From the NCBI GenBank assembly GCA_039621445.1, contig CP154954.1, forward strand, positions 9,708,641-9,772,640: 64,000 nucleotides of DNA, in the 5' to 3' direction. Below, piece by piece: positions 24,901-37,600 of this stretch. The stretch's first letter is position 1, and each line of letters begins with the position of its first letter. Below the pieces are notes generated by a model. That model was not told the origin of the DNA. It did no database searches and saw only the letters and a list, made by a program, of their open reading frames with translations. The DNA comes from Euglena gracilis (Eukaryota). A program made the translations under genes and the position numbers.

Positions 24901-27700
24901 GCATCACATCGTCCACGGTCTGCGATACAATTTTTGTACAGAACCTTTCCCCCCCGAATTTCGGTGTAGAGTGAACTTGGCGGGACCCCCAGACTTGCCC
25001 CGGACGTCCCGTCTTGAGGTCTAATTCTCGATACGCCCCCTCCAGGGTTTGGCCCTCGGGGTCCACCAGGCTGATGTGTCGGGGTCATTGGTGCGGGTTT
25101 GGCAGTGGGGCTGGCCCCGTTCATGCACAACAGCTCGTTCAACATGGACCCGTCCCCCTCCGTGGGACCCCCGGCGGGCAACGCCCTGCTGATTGCGTAC
25201 GTCGGGCAAAGCCGGTGGCAACTCCGCTGGCGCGCGAGGAAATCGCTGAGAGCTTCCAAGTTCACTTGTTCACGGTTGGCATGTGCGAGAGAGAACTCGT
25301 GAATCACAGCAAAGTTCGGACTGGTGTGCCATGCATTAGAAATTTTTGTTATCAAGGTATCCCCCCCTACGTCCAACGACGCACTTCTTCTAACGACCAC
25401 CCCGGACAGAAACGGATTTTCGGATGTTTTGGCCGGATTTTTTGGCGTGGCGCAAAGCGCCGAGCTGAAAAATTCTGCCCCCCAAAATTGGCCAAAAATG
25501 AAATTTTAGCATTTTTTGGGAGAAAAATCAAAGACGCCAAAAGGTTTTGGCAAGTGCTGAAAAAATTGACCTTTTGGGGGTGGTCCTGCGTACCCCCAGT
25601 CTGCGGACTTTTTTTTGGACCTTGTCGAACAACCGACCCTCGTTTGGAGGACACCTTTTTGGTCAGAACCCTATGTCAACCCCCCCCCCCCCCCCCAGTT
25701 GGGAGGACAGATATTTCCGGTAGCTGGATTTAGGGTTACTCCATAATTCCATGAAAAATATATAATAATTACTAACTTGAACAGTAACCAGGAAAAGTCT
25801 TTGAACAGGAAACCAAAAATCCTGAAAGGACAACAGTGCAAAGATATGTTTTCTTTTAAACTGAAAACTATTTATATTTAAAAAAAAAATGTGATGTACC
25901 TCAAGCTGTCCACTGCAAAATATTTTGTCTTTGATGACATATTTTTGCATCGGTAAACATGTCCTCACAATCAGCTGCTTTTTTTGCAACGCTTCCCGTG
26001 AATCTTGTGAACCCAACTGCTCGTGCATGCCAAGATGATAACACCGCTTTTCAATAACGTCGTCCACCTCAATGTAAGCATATTTGCCACTGATCTCAAT
26101 CATTATGACTCCGTCGTTGCGCTGGGCTCGCACAAGTTTCGGATCCCGTCCCCCTTCGTCCGCATTTTGCAAGTGGAGACCCCACAAGCTGTGGTATGCC
26201 CTGCCTCAGGTCCCTTAACTGCCCTGCCTCAGGTCTGCAAACTCTGATGCAACTAGGGAATGGCTCCGATAATGTGTTTTGTTTTGAAGATTTTTTTTAC
26301 AGATTGTTAATTTTTTTTGTTCCATATTGCGCCTGGTCCCCACGTTCACCCTTTTCTCCCCGGTTTATGATTTAATGGATTATGTGTGTGTGTGTGTGTG
26401 CGTGTGGTGTGTGTGGTTTTAGCCCTGTTCCCTCCACCCCCGTGGACAAATTAATATTCCTGCCTGCTGCTTCCAGTGCCTTGTGGACAGAAATGGGTCG
26501 GAAATGGGCTTTCCAGTTTCAAACAAACAACCTTCGCAGAAAATTTTAATATTTGGGGACTATTTGCAGTTCCGGGGGTTTCCTACCCAGTTCAACCCTT
26601 GTTCAGGGGGAATCAAAGGAAATGTCTGGAGACCTAAATTGAAGCCCTTAAAATGCCCCATCAAACAGTATTTTCATTTCCTCGCAACTCCCCGCCCAGC
26701 CCGAGTTGCGGCAATTTTTTTTCGGCCGATTTTGGCCATTTTGTACAGTTTTGGCCTAATTTGACTTAGCCGTTTTGGGCCATTTTCGGGTCAAAAGAAG
26801 TTGAGAAAAATCGATTTTTTTTGCGGAACCATGTTTTTTTTTTGGCCTCCCAGACCTGGAAAACCTGTTTTCGAGCCGAAAATGAGCGTTTTTCGACCCC
26901 CCCCCCCGGCGCCACGTTTTGGGCCGCCAACCCATAGACTTTGGGTCAAAACAGGTCAAAAAAGTCGAAAAAAATCGAAAAAATTTTTTGCCCGAAACGA
27001 TGTTTTTCGGCCCCTAACTGCTGGGGACTTATTTCTCCATTTCCCAGCGAGCCAACCTCTGAGCTGGACCCATAGGGTGGGCATTAAATACACCTCCAAA
27101 ATCACACAAACACACAGATCCTTAAGCATACACAAGCACACAGGTGAGTGTGCGCACTCGCTCATTCACTCACTCACCAACTCATACCTCCATAGTCGCA
27201 TCCTCACAGACATAACAGGTCTCATCCAACCCCCCCCTCCAAATAGCCTAACAATTGCCTACACATTTTCCCCCAACCCCAATTATGAACATGAAAATGA
27301 GGAAAAATCTGATTTTTTTGGGATTTTAAGAAAAGTGTTGTGTTATACCTTAATCTGACCCAATTGGATTATGGTGCAAATTGTCTTTCTCGCGTTTTTT
27401 GGGGAGCCCAAAATAATTTGTGGCGGGTTCGGTCAAGAAAAAAATGGGGCCAGCAATGGGTCTTCTTTGCTATTTGGGGGTAAAACGAACGACCTCCACC
27501 CAGGTGGTTTCCAGCATCGGATCCAACAATAAGGCACGGGTGTCATTTTTGGGGTGTTTCCTGACGAGATCGACACCCCCCCTCCCCTCTCGCAGCTGAA
27601 GCAGAACCTCCGCGTGGAGCTGTACGACGACGCCTGCCTGTACAGCATCCTGGACGACCTCCTCCAGCAGCATGGCAACGACCCGGCCTGGCGGGTCCAG
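14134..27700 (+). CDS. OTU-domain deubiquitinase (cysteine protease), multi-exon; N-terminal and catalytic part
   Basis: Exons 14134-14220 (MAQLQAGDVFVAHEWMPPAKYRRYLAKQR), 17841-~17950, 20009-20156, 21038-21125, 22215-22244, 22306-22391 (LQMIGLMRYPIPGDGNCLYGALSHQL; catalytic Cys codon 22354-22356), 22848-22883, 23374-23468 (YRHLFEAEVIMDFGSFNEYL), 23844-23898 (GQVAWGGLPE), 24295-~24326 (VIVFCDEFQ), ~24632-24665, 25134-25209 (ALLIAYVGQ), 26098-26193 (NHYDSVVAL; catalytic His) and 27596-27700. The OTU motifs DGNC, WG and HY occur in the correct order. Confidence 0.85.
15346..15820. mobile_element. hAT-like MITE (family B), 475 bp, intronic
   Basis: TIRs CAGGGGTTT / AAACCCCTG; perfect 8-bp TSD CTCAGGGT (15338-15345 and 15821-15828); homologous to 39338-39777. 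Confidence 0.85.
21509..21815. mobile_element. Older CAG..CTG MITE, intronic
   Basis: TIRs CAGGTTGAAATT / AAATTCAGCCTG; flanks ACCCTGAG vs GCCCCAAG (5/8, differences are transitions). Confidence 0.55.
22392..22847 (+). other. Nonconventional intron within the OTU domain
   Basis: |GCC CAGAGATTCACTT ... AAGTGGACCTATG ATCCA|G; 11 of 13 pairs (one G-U); joins LSHQLEIQ|ANVAISPLEVK in frame. Confidence 0.8.
23469..23843 (+). other. Nonconventional intron within the OTU domain
   Basis: |ACC CGGGG ... CCCTG GCTCC|G; joins FNEYLR|PQVKEFGTGQVAWGG in frame. Confidence 0.6.
23899..24294 (+). other. Nonconventional intron within the OTU domain
   Basis: |GCC CAGGCAGCTTT ... AAAACTGCCTG CCGGA|G; 10 of 11 bp stem; joins WGGLPE|VIVFCDEF. 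Confidence 0.85.
25210..26097 (+). other. Nonconventional intron just before the OTU catalytic His
   Basis: |AGC CGGTGGCAA ... TTGCCACTG ATCTC|A; 9-bp stem; joins LIAYVGQ|NHYDSV. Confidence 0.85.
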
Positions 27701-27793
27701 GCGAGGGGTGGCCCGCTTCTGGTCCTGCTGGCACCAGAACCGCTAAACAAACCTGACCAACATCGTAATTGTTTTTTTTTAATATGAAATGTA

Positions 27794-27984
27794 CCCCCCC
27801 CCCCTTGTCCTTGAGATGGCTGGTCCATGGCACCCCCTCCCCCCCCCGTGTCAACCGCACTTTTTCCGACCCAAAATGCCAATTTATTATGGTACAGTGC
27901 ACATGACATGGCATGTCCATGACACCCCCCCCTGTGTCAACCGCATTTTGCCTGTACTTTGGCGTGTCAAGGACAAGGGGGGGG
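27794..27984. mobile_element. TA-flanked MITE with CCCCCCCCTTGTCCTTGA TIRs; related fragments at ~2230-2330 and ~6525-6620
   Basis: TA|CCCC...TTGTCCTTGA ... TCAAGGACAAGGGGGGGG|TA; the internal TGTCAACCGCA motif is shared between copies. Confidence 0.7.
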
Positions 27985-28537
27985 TACACCAGTTGTGCAG
28001 CAAAAGCAAAGAACAGTCCACCTCTGTGGCTGGACTTGGGACATATGAAAAATGATGACATGGGGTTTTAGTGATCAGCTTAGCCCTCTGTGGGGGTGTT
28101 TTTTTTTTTATACACCCATGTCCCTCTGTTCTGTGGGGGGCTCGGAAGTGTGCTTCTGCCTGTGAGGAGTGTGTTGTCGGTCGGTGTGTCGGTGTGTGGT
28201 TTGTGTTCTGGTCTTTGACTCAAGGGCAGCATCGTCAGGTGTAACACAGGAGCAGACAGGAGCAGAGACAGGACAGGGACCTTTGTTCATGTCCTCAACT
28301 GCTGACTGTGTGGTGCAGACGGTTACAAGTTGGCTCGGCTACACCCTCCCATGGGGCAGAGGGGCTGAGAAACAAGCCCCAAAATCAGGGAATTGCAGGG
28401 AAGGAAAAACTCTGCCACGGCTGGATACCTTCTGGGATGGGATCTGGCCGAGAGATTGGGCAGAGACACAGTCCAAACACACAGAATCTTTCACACAGCT
28501 GCACGCATACTCACTCATCCTCTCAATATTACAGCAG

Positions 28538-31500
28538 CTGGCGATGTATGGCATGTCCGTTTGCGTGTATCTGAGAGTATCTGGCCTCCCCTCCCCCCTA
28601 TGCCGTATTCCATCGAAGTCGGGATCAAGTCCGGCGTCACCACCCCCGGTGCCAAATTCTACCTTCTGGACGTCTCCACACAGCCATTTTGCACTCTTTG
28701 CTGTCCCTTGTTTGTGCATCACTCTTGAGCGCTGCTTTCCCGTCGCTTTCTAAATGCTTTCTCACAGTTCCCAAATTACCCCTTCCGTCCACGACAATGT
28801 GTCATTCAGAATGCAATGGGATTGGGTAAGTTACATGCCACTTGCACCGTCGCCGTTTTTTTTCCTTGCATTCAAATTTTTTAATTTTCATTTTTTTGCG
28901 TAGCGCATTTTGAGGGGCATTGTTGCATCCCCCCCCATGAGTATTCCCCTTCAAACCACCTGCTCTGGATGGGATGGGACGCTTTTGGTAGTGGGATTGG
29001 TGTGCTCACCTCGTCAAGTGGTTTCCCTGGCGGTACACGCCACCAAACGGCTGCCCGCAGCTTCCAGGAGGTCGTAGCGAAGTACGAGTCCATCGTGGCC
29101 CGCATCGTAGCCTGGCAGCCGCCGCCCGCCCGGGCTGGTGGTCTGGGGGGGGGGGCGTATCAGGGCGTAGACTTGTTAGCACTGTATTTGTAGCACTGTT
29201 TTGCATACCCCCCACATGCCCTCCCCAGGAACAACCCGGGCTGCCCAAACGACAGCAAAAAGCCCCAAAATGCAAAGGAAAAGGGGAACTGCTTTTATGG
29301 GCATTCTTGTTTGGTTTTGAAAATTTTGTTGTAATCTACAAAATATTTACCCCGCAGTCTAATAAAAGTCGGTGTCCAAATAATGAACTAAGAGTGTTTT
29401 TGTTTTGGTGGATTTGTTTTGTGCATTTTTTTTCCACCAAAGGGCACATATATCTGATTGGTGCATAATTTGAGGTTTTCACAGGTTTTCAGTTGCAAAT
29501 TTGTCCATTCCTGAATAGCTCAGCTTATTTTTGACTATTTTAAGATATTCCCACACGTTTGGGATTTTTAATTTTGGTCGTTTTGGGCAATTGTAAGCCG
29601 TTTTTTTTTTAGCAATTTTGGGTAATTTTCAGCCCCAAATGACCCTATGAATGGCTTTTGCCAAAAAATGGCCCCAAAAATGGTCCTGACTAAAATGGCC
29701 CCCAAATGGCCCGAAGATGGCCAAGTGTTCGAAAATGGTCAAAAAAAATGGTGGAAAATGACCGATAACAGCCCGAAATGGCCCTTTAAATGGGCCCAAG
29801 ATGGCCGAAATGACTTTGCAAGAGGGGGTCCGGAAAATCGCCAATTATGGCATCAATTGCATATTTTCCGCGTATCCACATGTCCACATTCACACACCCC
29901 TGTCCCCGTCACGTCACGCAGGGGAGGGTGGGCATCTGTCCAGGAAATCCACTTTCCAAGTATGTGCAACTGGCCCCGCCTAGCTGTAAGGGTCTCCGGC
30001 TGGCACGGCAACAATTTCCCTGGGGGAGGATGGCTGTGCCCCACCGGCCCGCCTCCGAGCCCCCCTCGGAGCCCCCTGCCACGTCCAGGCAAGGACAGCC
30101 ACCGGATCCCACCGGATCCCACTGGAGATTTTTTCCCATGCACATATTTTTCTGCTGGATTTATGGCCCCATAGTCTCATGCTGCAAAGAGGGATGCAGA
30201 ACAACAGGTTGCCTTTTTATGATTATTCAAAAGACCCTTTCCTTCAGGTTTAAACAGGTTGCAGGATATGATTCGCGATGACCAATATTTGGTGGCCATT
30301 GGGGTGGATGAAACCGGCGGCCCCAGGGTGAGTACATCACATCATGTTGTGATCCCACGTGGCGATGGGGCAAAATATTTTGAGCACCTGGCTGGGCCAT
30401 TAAACAGAGCCAAAAGGTGCCTCATGTGGGACAAAAAGGAGGCCAAGATCCTGACCCCGGGGGCCATGCATGTGGTTATGCTGTGCACCAACTGCATGAT
30501 GCAAAAAGAGTATCCGGTCAGATCGCCTTGTTGGATGTTTTTTTCCCAGTCCCCCCCCCAGGGTTGTATGGGGAGCTCCGCAGACATGAGGTAGGTGGTA
30601 GGGGGGGGTCACCCCCCCCTTGGGGGGTAAGGTGGTAGGGGGGTCCCCCCCCCCCTAGTTTCGGAAGGGGGTCCTCCCCCACCCCCCTCCCCTTCCTCTG
30701 GGGGGGCAAAAAAATTTTCTGGCGCTTCGCGCTGGGACTGTATTTTAGGACTTTTTTGGGGGCTCAACGTGAAATTTTGGCAAAATGGCCAAAAATGACC
30801 ATAAATCGGGACAGGTGGGGAGTTGCCAGGAAATCAAAATACTGTTAGATCTGGCATTTTAAGGGCTTCAATTTAGGTTTTGGACATTTCTTTTGATTCA
30901 CCACCATTTTTGAGAAATTTCAGAAAAATTGACCTTTTGACCCCCAAAAGCGGCCGAAATTTCGGCGACCGAAAACTGGAGGTAGGAGGGGGGGGTCTCC
31001 CACCCCCCTCCCCTAGTTTCGGAAGGGGGGGGGTCCCCCCCTCGGAGATTCCCATACAACCCTGCCCCCCCCCCAAGGCAACCCACCGGAACCCACCGGA
31101 GACCAATAACTGGGGATGACTGTCTTTGCCTGGCCACGTCCACCACGCCGTCGTCCGCCGGCGCGCGGCTGAAGGGGGCGTGGCGCCGCGCCACGTCCCC
31201 GTTCCGGTCCGCGAGCCGCGAGCGCAGCGCGGGCAAGTCGCCGTTCTCCCGGCGGCGGTCGCAGACGCCCAGGGTGGGCCGGGCCGGGCCGAACGACAGC
31301 CTCGTGCAGGGGTGGGAAAGGCCCATCGACTCAACTCACTTCTTTTACTCATGCTCCTCTCATTGCTCAACCATGCAAGTTCCATACTCCCCCCCACCCC
31401 CAGGCAATTGACCCCCGGGCAATTGTCACCCCTGGCTGTGCCGGCCAATTTGTCACCCTGGGAAATTGTCACCCCCCCTCTGTGCTGCCCAATTTGTCAC

Positions 31501-34500
31501 CCCCCATTTGCAGCATTGTTCTGTGATCTTCTATTTCGCTGCAATGTGCTGGAATTTTTGCATACCAAACGCTCTGCACAATATCGCGATCGTAGCTGCA
31601 TTTTCCCTGCGTTCACTTGTGTTTCAGATGGTGTTTTTGGCCATTTGGTTTAAAATGTGGCTTACATGGGTGGGCAATTGACGCCCCCGAGCAATTGACG
31701 CCCCCAGGCAATGGTCACCCCCCTCTGTGCCGGCCAAATTGTCCCCCCGGGAAATTGTCACCCCCGTCCGTGCTGCCCGATTTGTCGCGCGACAATTGCC
31801 TGGGGGGGGGGGGCGGGTATTTATACATATATTATATCATATATATTATAAATAAAAAAGATGAATAAAATATATTATTATACATAAAATTATATATATG
31901 TATTATGTTTAATTTATTGTATTATATTATATATTATATTATATATAATATGCATATGTTACATATATAATGTTTTCTGTTTCTTGTCATCCACCAATCC
32001 CGAATCCTGAATCCTTCCACCCTCACCCTTTGAGTTTTTTTTTTGTCATGGAACTCGAAACTCTGCTTTCGACGGAGTCGACATCCCCCAATCAGACCGA
32101 CCCAACCACCGTTACGCCTGCTTCCCCTCTGGTGGTTTTTTTTTTAGTCTTGGATCCCCTCCCCTGGGGGGGGGTAGGATGGGTGGGTCTTTTGGACCCC
32201 CTCCCCCCCGGGGGGGGGGGGGGCAGGGGATGGTGGGTATATCTTTTTTCGGCGCCGCAGGCGCCGAATTTTTTGAAACCGTGTTAAGTCTACGATGTAC
32301 ACCGGCCGTGAAAACCGTGTTCAGTCCACGTGTTCAGCGGTGGAAAACGTGTTTGTAACACGCTTTCCGTACAATGTACATGTGTTACCAAAAAGTGTAA
32401 ACACGCTTTCCGTACAATGTACACGTGTTACCAAAAGAGTAAACACGCTTTCCTGCAGTGTACACGTGTTACCAAAAAGAGTAAACACACTTTCCGTACA
32501 ATGTACACGTGTTACAAACACGGTACATTTGCATTGTTCCGTGTTATAAATGAAAAATATTCTGTAGGGTTACAGCATAACTAGAATGCATGAAACGATG
32601 GACATACTGCTCAACGGAAGCAAGAAGCAACACGGCGGCGGGAAGTTGGTGTATTTGGGGGGGGGTATGCAGACGCATGCTGCAAACACCTCGTGGCCTG
32701 TTGGCCAAGAACAATAGCACATCATGAAAGGCATCACAAACATCCCGGGCATTTCCAGGGACGTTTGGGAGCTCGGCACAGGTCAGCACACACAAAATGG
32801 TAGGTGTCCGCACAACTCACACAAGGAACAGACCGAGCTACGTCGGAGGTGGTGGGGAAGCACGTTTTCGTCACCATAGGGGCAAAGAAAGCAAGGAATT
32901 TGGGGAATTGAGAAGCAGAGGAGGCCACAATTGGAGGTCCGTCACGGTCTGACACTTTATACAAAAAAACAAGGGCATTGAGGTATGTACGGAAAGACAA
33001 AACAGGTATGGAACGAACCCGAAAATCTGTTCCAGCTCTCTCCGTACGGGCAGCAACGCAGGCGACTTGTTGCTCGGGTGTCGCGTACAACACCCGAGCA
33101 TCAATGCACCAGCGGGCCCACCCCAAAAAACAGTCGTCCAACGTCGCGTGTTGTACCCCATGGGCTGCGCAAACCCCCATGTATTCTGTAAAACAATTCA
33201 GGGCAGCCATGCGGTCGCGACGGTAATCTTTTGCCGAGACCAGATCTGGGGGGGGGAACAAAGCATCAACTTCCTCAGATGGAGATTTCACCTTTTGGAG
33301 GGATTCCACAAACTGCTTAACAGTGGGAGGGGCAGGCATGCGGGCCTCAGCGAGGTTAGCCAGGCGCATCATGGCTGTGAAGGGTGTGAAGGCGTTTTTG
33401 AAACACGTTTTAGCATAATGCACACGTGTCACCAAAAGTCTAAACACGCTTTCCGTAAAAGTACACGTGTTACCAAAAAAGTAAGCACGCTTTCCTGCAG
33501 TGTATACGTGTTACCAAAAGGAGTAAACACACTTTCCGTACAATGTACACGTGTTACCAAAAGAGTAAACACGCTTTCCGTACAATGTACACGTGTTACA
33601 AACACAGTACATTTGCATTGTACCGTGTTTGTAACACGGTACAATTGCAATGTACCAAGGTACCCCATTTTTGTACACGTGTTTATTATAATCGGCATTT
33701 TTTTGCGCGAATCACGTGGACTTGAACACGGTTTTCACTACCGGTGTACATCGTGGTCTCTTAACACGGTTTCAAAATTGTTTCGTGTTCTGATCCCGCT
33801 TTTTTACCAGGAAAACCGGGGGCGCCTTCGGCGCCCCCGGTTTTCCTGGTAAAAAAGCGGGATCAGAACACGAAACATCTTATAGAAATGGATGCTATTT
33901 TTAGCATTTTGGCCATTTTCGGCCGAAGTGGGTGGGTCCCCTGGGACCCCCCCCCCCCAGAGGGGAGCCCACCCCAGGGGGTGGGTGGGTGGGTACCGAC
34001 CCCCCCCCCGGCTTCAAAAAAAAAACCCTGTTCCCCTCCCCACCTACCCCCACTACACATTCACCCCAGGCCGCACCCTGCATGCACCAGAGAATTCAGA
34101 CGCGAGGCAGCAGGAGAAGCCGATGCCCCCCGCTGGCCGATAGCGTCTGCAACCCTTGTCCGTGGAGTGCATGGGAGTTGGGGCTGGGTGTGAATGCCGG
34201 TTTACAAGGATAGCCGTCAGGCCCTCATTGACCCCCCTCCCCCCGTCCAAGCACCATCCTTGTCCAGGCACCACCCCGCTGTTTCTTTCCCATGGTTTTA
34301 AAGGTCACATCCTCAGGGAGTGTTTTTTTGTGTGATTTACGGGGATCATCCTTTGGGTTCCGCCACAAATAAAAACAAACAAATAAACAAATACGTAAAT
34401 AGATAGATAGATAGACAAATCAAGCATAAATGAACAATTTGTTAAATAGATGCACAAATGAAGGAAGGAAGGAAGGAAGGAAGGAAGGAATGAATGAATA

Positions 34501-34634
34501 AATGAATGAATGAATGGATGAATGAATGAATGAATGAATGAATGAATGAATGAATGAATGAACCAACAAACAAACAAACAAACAAACAAACAAACAAACA
34601 AAACAAAGAAAGAAATAAATAAAGAAAGAAGAAA

Positions 34635-34677
<43 letters not shown>

Positions 34678-37600
34678 AGTATACATGTACACACACATAT
34701 ACATACATACATACATACATACATACATACATACATACATACATACACACATACATACATACATACATACATACATACATACATACATACATACATACAT
34801 ACATACATACATACATACATACATACATACATACATACATACATACATACATACATACTACATACATACATACATACATACATACATACATACATACATA
34901 CATACATACATACATACATACATACATACATACATACATACATACATACATACATACATACATACATACATACATACATACATACATACATACATACATA
35001 CATACATACATACATACATACATACATACATGCATATATGTATATATATGGATATATGGCAGCCTCCAACTAAAGTCTCCAACTATATATATTTATATAT
35101 ACCCGCCCCCCCCCCCGGGCAATTGACGCCCCCGGGCAATTGACGCCCCCAGGCAATTGTCACCCCTGGCTGTGCCGGCCAATTTGTCACCCTGGGAAAT
35201 TGTCACCCCCTTCCGTGCTGCCCAATTTGTCACCCCCCCCCCCCACAGAAGATGTTTGCGAATTTGCTTTTCGCCGACACGACTCGATTGATCCTCTATT
35301 TCGCTACAACGTGCTGAGAAATGTCACATACCAAATGCTCTGCACAATATCACAACCAATAGCTGCATTTTTGCGTGTTCACTGGTGTTTCAGATGGTGT
35401 TCTTGGTCATTTGGATTTCATGTGGCCTACATAGGTGGGCAATTGACGCCCCCGGGCAATTGACGCCCCCGGGCAATTGTCACCCCCCTCTGTGCCGGCC
35501 AAATTGTCACCCTGGGAAATTGTCACCCCCCTCCGTGCTGCCCGATTTGTCGCGTGACAATTGCCGGGGGGGGGGGGGGCGGGTATGGCAGGTGAGAACT
35601 TTAGGACCCCCTGGGGGGGGGTCCTAAAGTTCTCACCACGATGGCCACCCCCATTATTGAAGGAGTAGGGTTAGGTGCGCACATGCAATGTTGTGCTAAT
35701 TGGCTATGTTGCGCTACATGGCTATGTTTGCGCAACATAGCCATGTAGCGCAACATAGCCAATTAGCGCAAATTAGCATGTGCGCACCTAACCCTGCTCC
35801 CTCAATAATGGGGGTGGCCATTGTGGTGAGAACTTTAGGACCCCCCCCGGGAGGGGGGGTCCTAAAGTTCTCACCTGCCATATATATATATGGATATATA
35901 TATATATATATATATCCATATATATGGACATATATATATATCCATATATATGGATATATGGTTATATGGTGATATATATATATATATATGGATATATGAT
36001 ATATGGATATATGGCAGCCTCCAACTAAAGGGACCCCCCCCAGGGGGGGTCCCTATAGTTGGATCAGGGGGCGGCAATTTTTTTTTGTGTTATTGATGGA
36101 ATAGGGTTAGGTGTGCTATTCTGGCCTAACTTCAGGCCTAACTTGTACACCTAACACCCGTCTATAAGTTGGGCCTAACCCTAACCCTAAGTCGCGCACC
36201 TAACCCTATTCCATCATTAACACAAAAAAACTATTTTGACCCCCTGATCCAATTATAGGGACCCCCCCCTGGGGGGGTCCCTTTAGTTGGAGGCTGCCAT
36301 ATATATGAATGAAAGAATAAAATGAATAACTGCATTCACAATCGTTCTCTGGCTAGTTGTGGAAACGGATGGTGGGCGTCCAGCGGTGGCCGCGGTCGCC
36401 CCGCCGGCCCCCAAGCTGCCTCCCACAGGCCCTCCGGCATCCAGGGTTGACCGGGGTCGGAAGCATATGGGTGTGAACTGAACTGGGGGGTCTGACCTCC
36501 CACAGGTATTATTTGGGGGAGTTTGGAATTTTGGGCACTGGTTTCAAAGTCAATATTTGGTCAAATATTTTTGTGAAACATTTTTCTGACCAGATTTCGT
36601 CTTTTTTTTTTGATCTTGCCATACTTTTTGGTGGTTTTTATTCACGCACTGCTGAGGGGGGGTATTGTATGGGCCACCGAAGTCGGGCCTCGGGGGGGGG
36701 GGGGTTATTTGGGGGGAGTCACCGTTTCCGGCGTTCACCCCACATTCTGGCAACATTAGCAAGTGATGCGCAAGGATGGGGTGGAACACTAACAATGTCT
36801 ATCGGTCCATCGGGCCTGAATTCAAGCTTGAGTTCAATCCAACGGGGGTGTTATTCTTTGGGTTTGCCGTAAATGGATGATGTGATGTGGGACTCCCCAC
36901 GTGGAATGGGCAACACGTGCAGTCGGGCTGACCCCTTCAAACCTTTCCGACGCCCCTGCCCGTGAAGCCCGCGGGGCCGACCTCGCGACCTCCCGCGGAG
37001 CCTGGCAAGCGACCCCAGTCGCTTGCCGGAGCCGCCGTGGCCCCCGTCGAAAGCCAGCGCCCCCCAGTGGCTGTCCCCCCCGAGCAGGGGCATGGCGCTT
37101 CTGGCACACACACATTTTTTTTTGAAAATATATATTTTTTATATTATATACTCATATTTATATATACATTTTTGAACATGAATTTCAACAACTGTCGCTC
37201 CTCGAAGCATTGAACGCCCCCGCCCCCCTTTGGGGTTTCCAGTCGCCTTCGTGTTCCGGAAGCCCCTTGGGCTGTACTGGCGGACTTGCCATGTTGGAAA
37301 GGTATCACCTGGGGCCGCACCTGCTGAGTAACAACGTCGAAAATGTTTTTTGATGCCTCTCACGGGGGATCAGGATTTTTTTTAATTCATTTTTGCGTAA
37401 ATTCGGCTTGCTCGACTGAATACAACGTGCGTGCGTGCGTGCGTGCGTGCGTGTGTGCGCGCGTGTGTTTGTGTGTGTGTGTTTTGCCAAAACCTGACAT
37501 GCACCTCCAAATAAATGCAAGACACACGTCCCATCATCAAAAAAGATTTTATTTGGGTCGAAACTAGGTTCCCCAAAAGCTGTCATCCCCCCCCCCCCTG

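Larger units (their letters stand above)
32130..34030. mobile_element. Family A hAT-like MITE carrying a nested insertion
   Basis: Ends TGGTGGTTTTTT / AAAAAACCCTG; perfect 8-bp TSD TTCCCCTC (32122-32129 and 34031-34038); both halves match 1147-1345. Confidence 0.75.

Noticed and set aside
32350-33660. ~42-bp repeat arrays as a CRISPR array
   Set aside because: Units are head-to-tail with no unique spacers, there are no cas genes, and the context is eukaryotic.
36100-36210. Telomere or chromosome end
   Set aside because: Only 2-3 CCCTAA units, internal to a TIR element.
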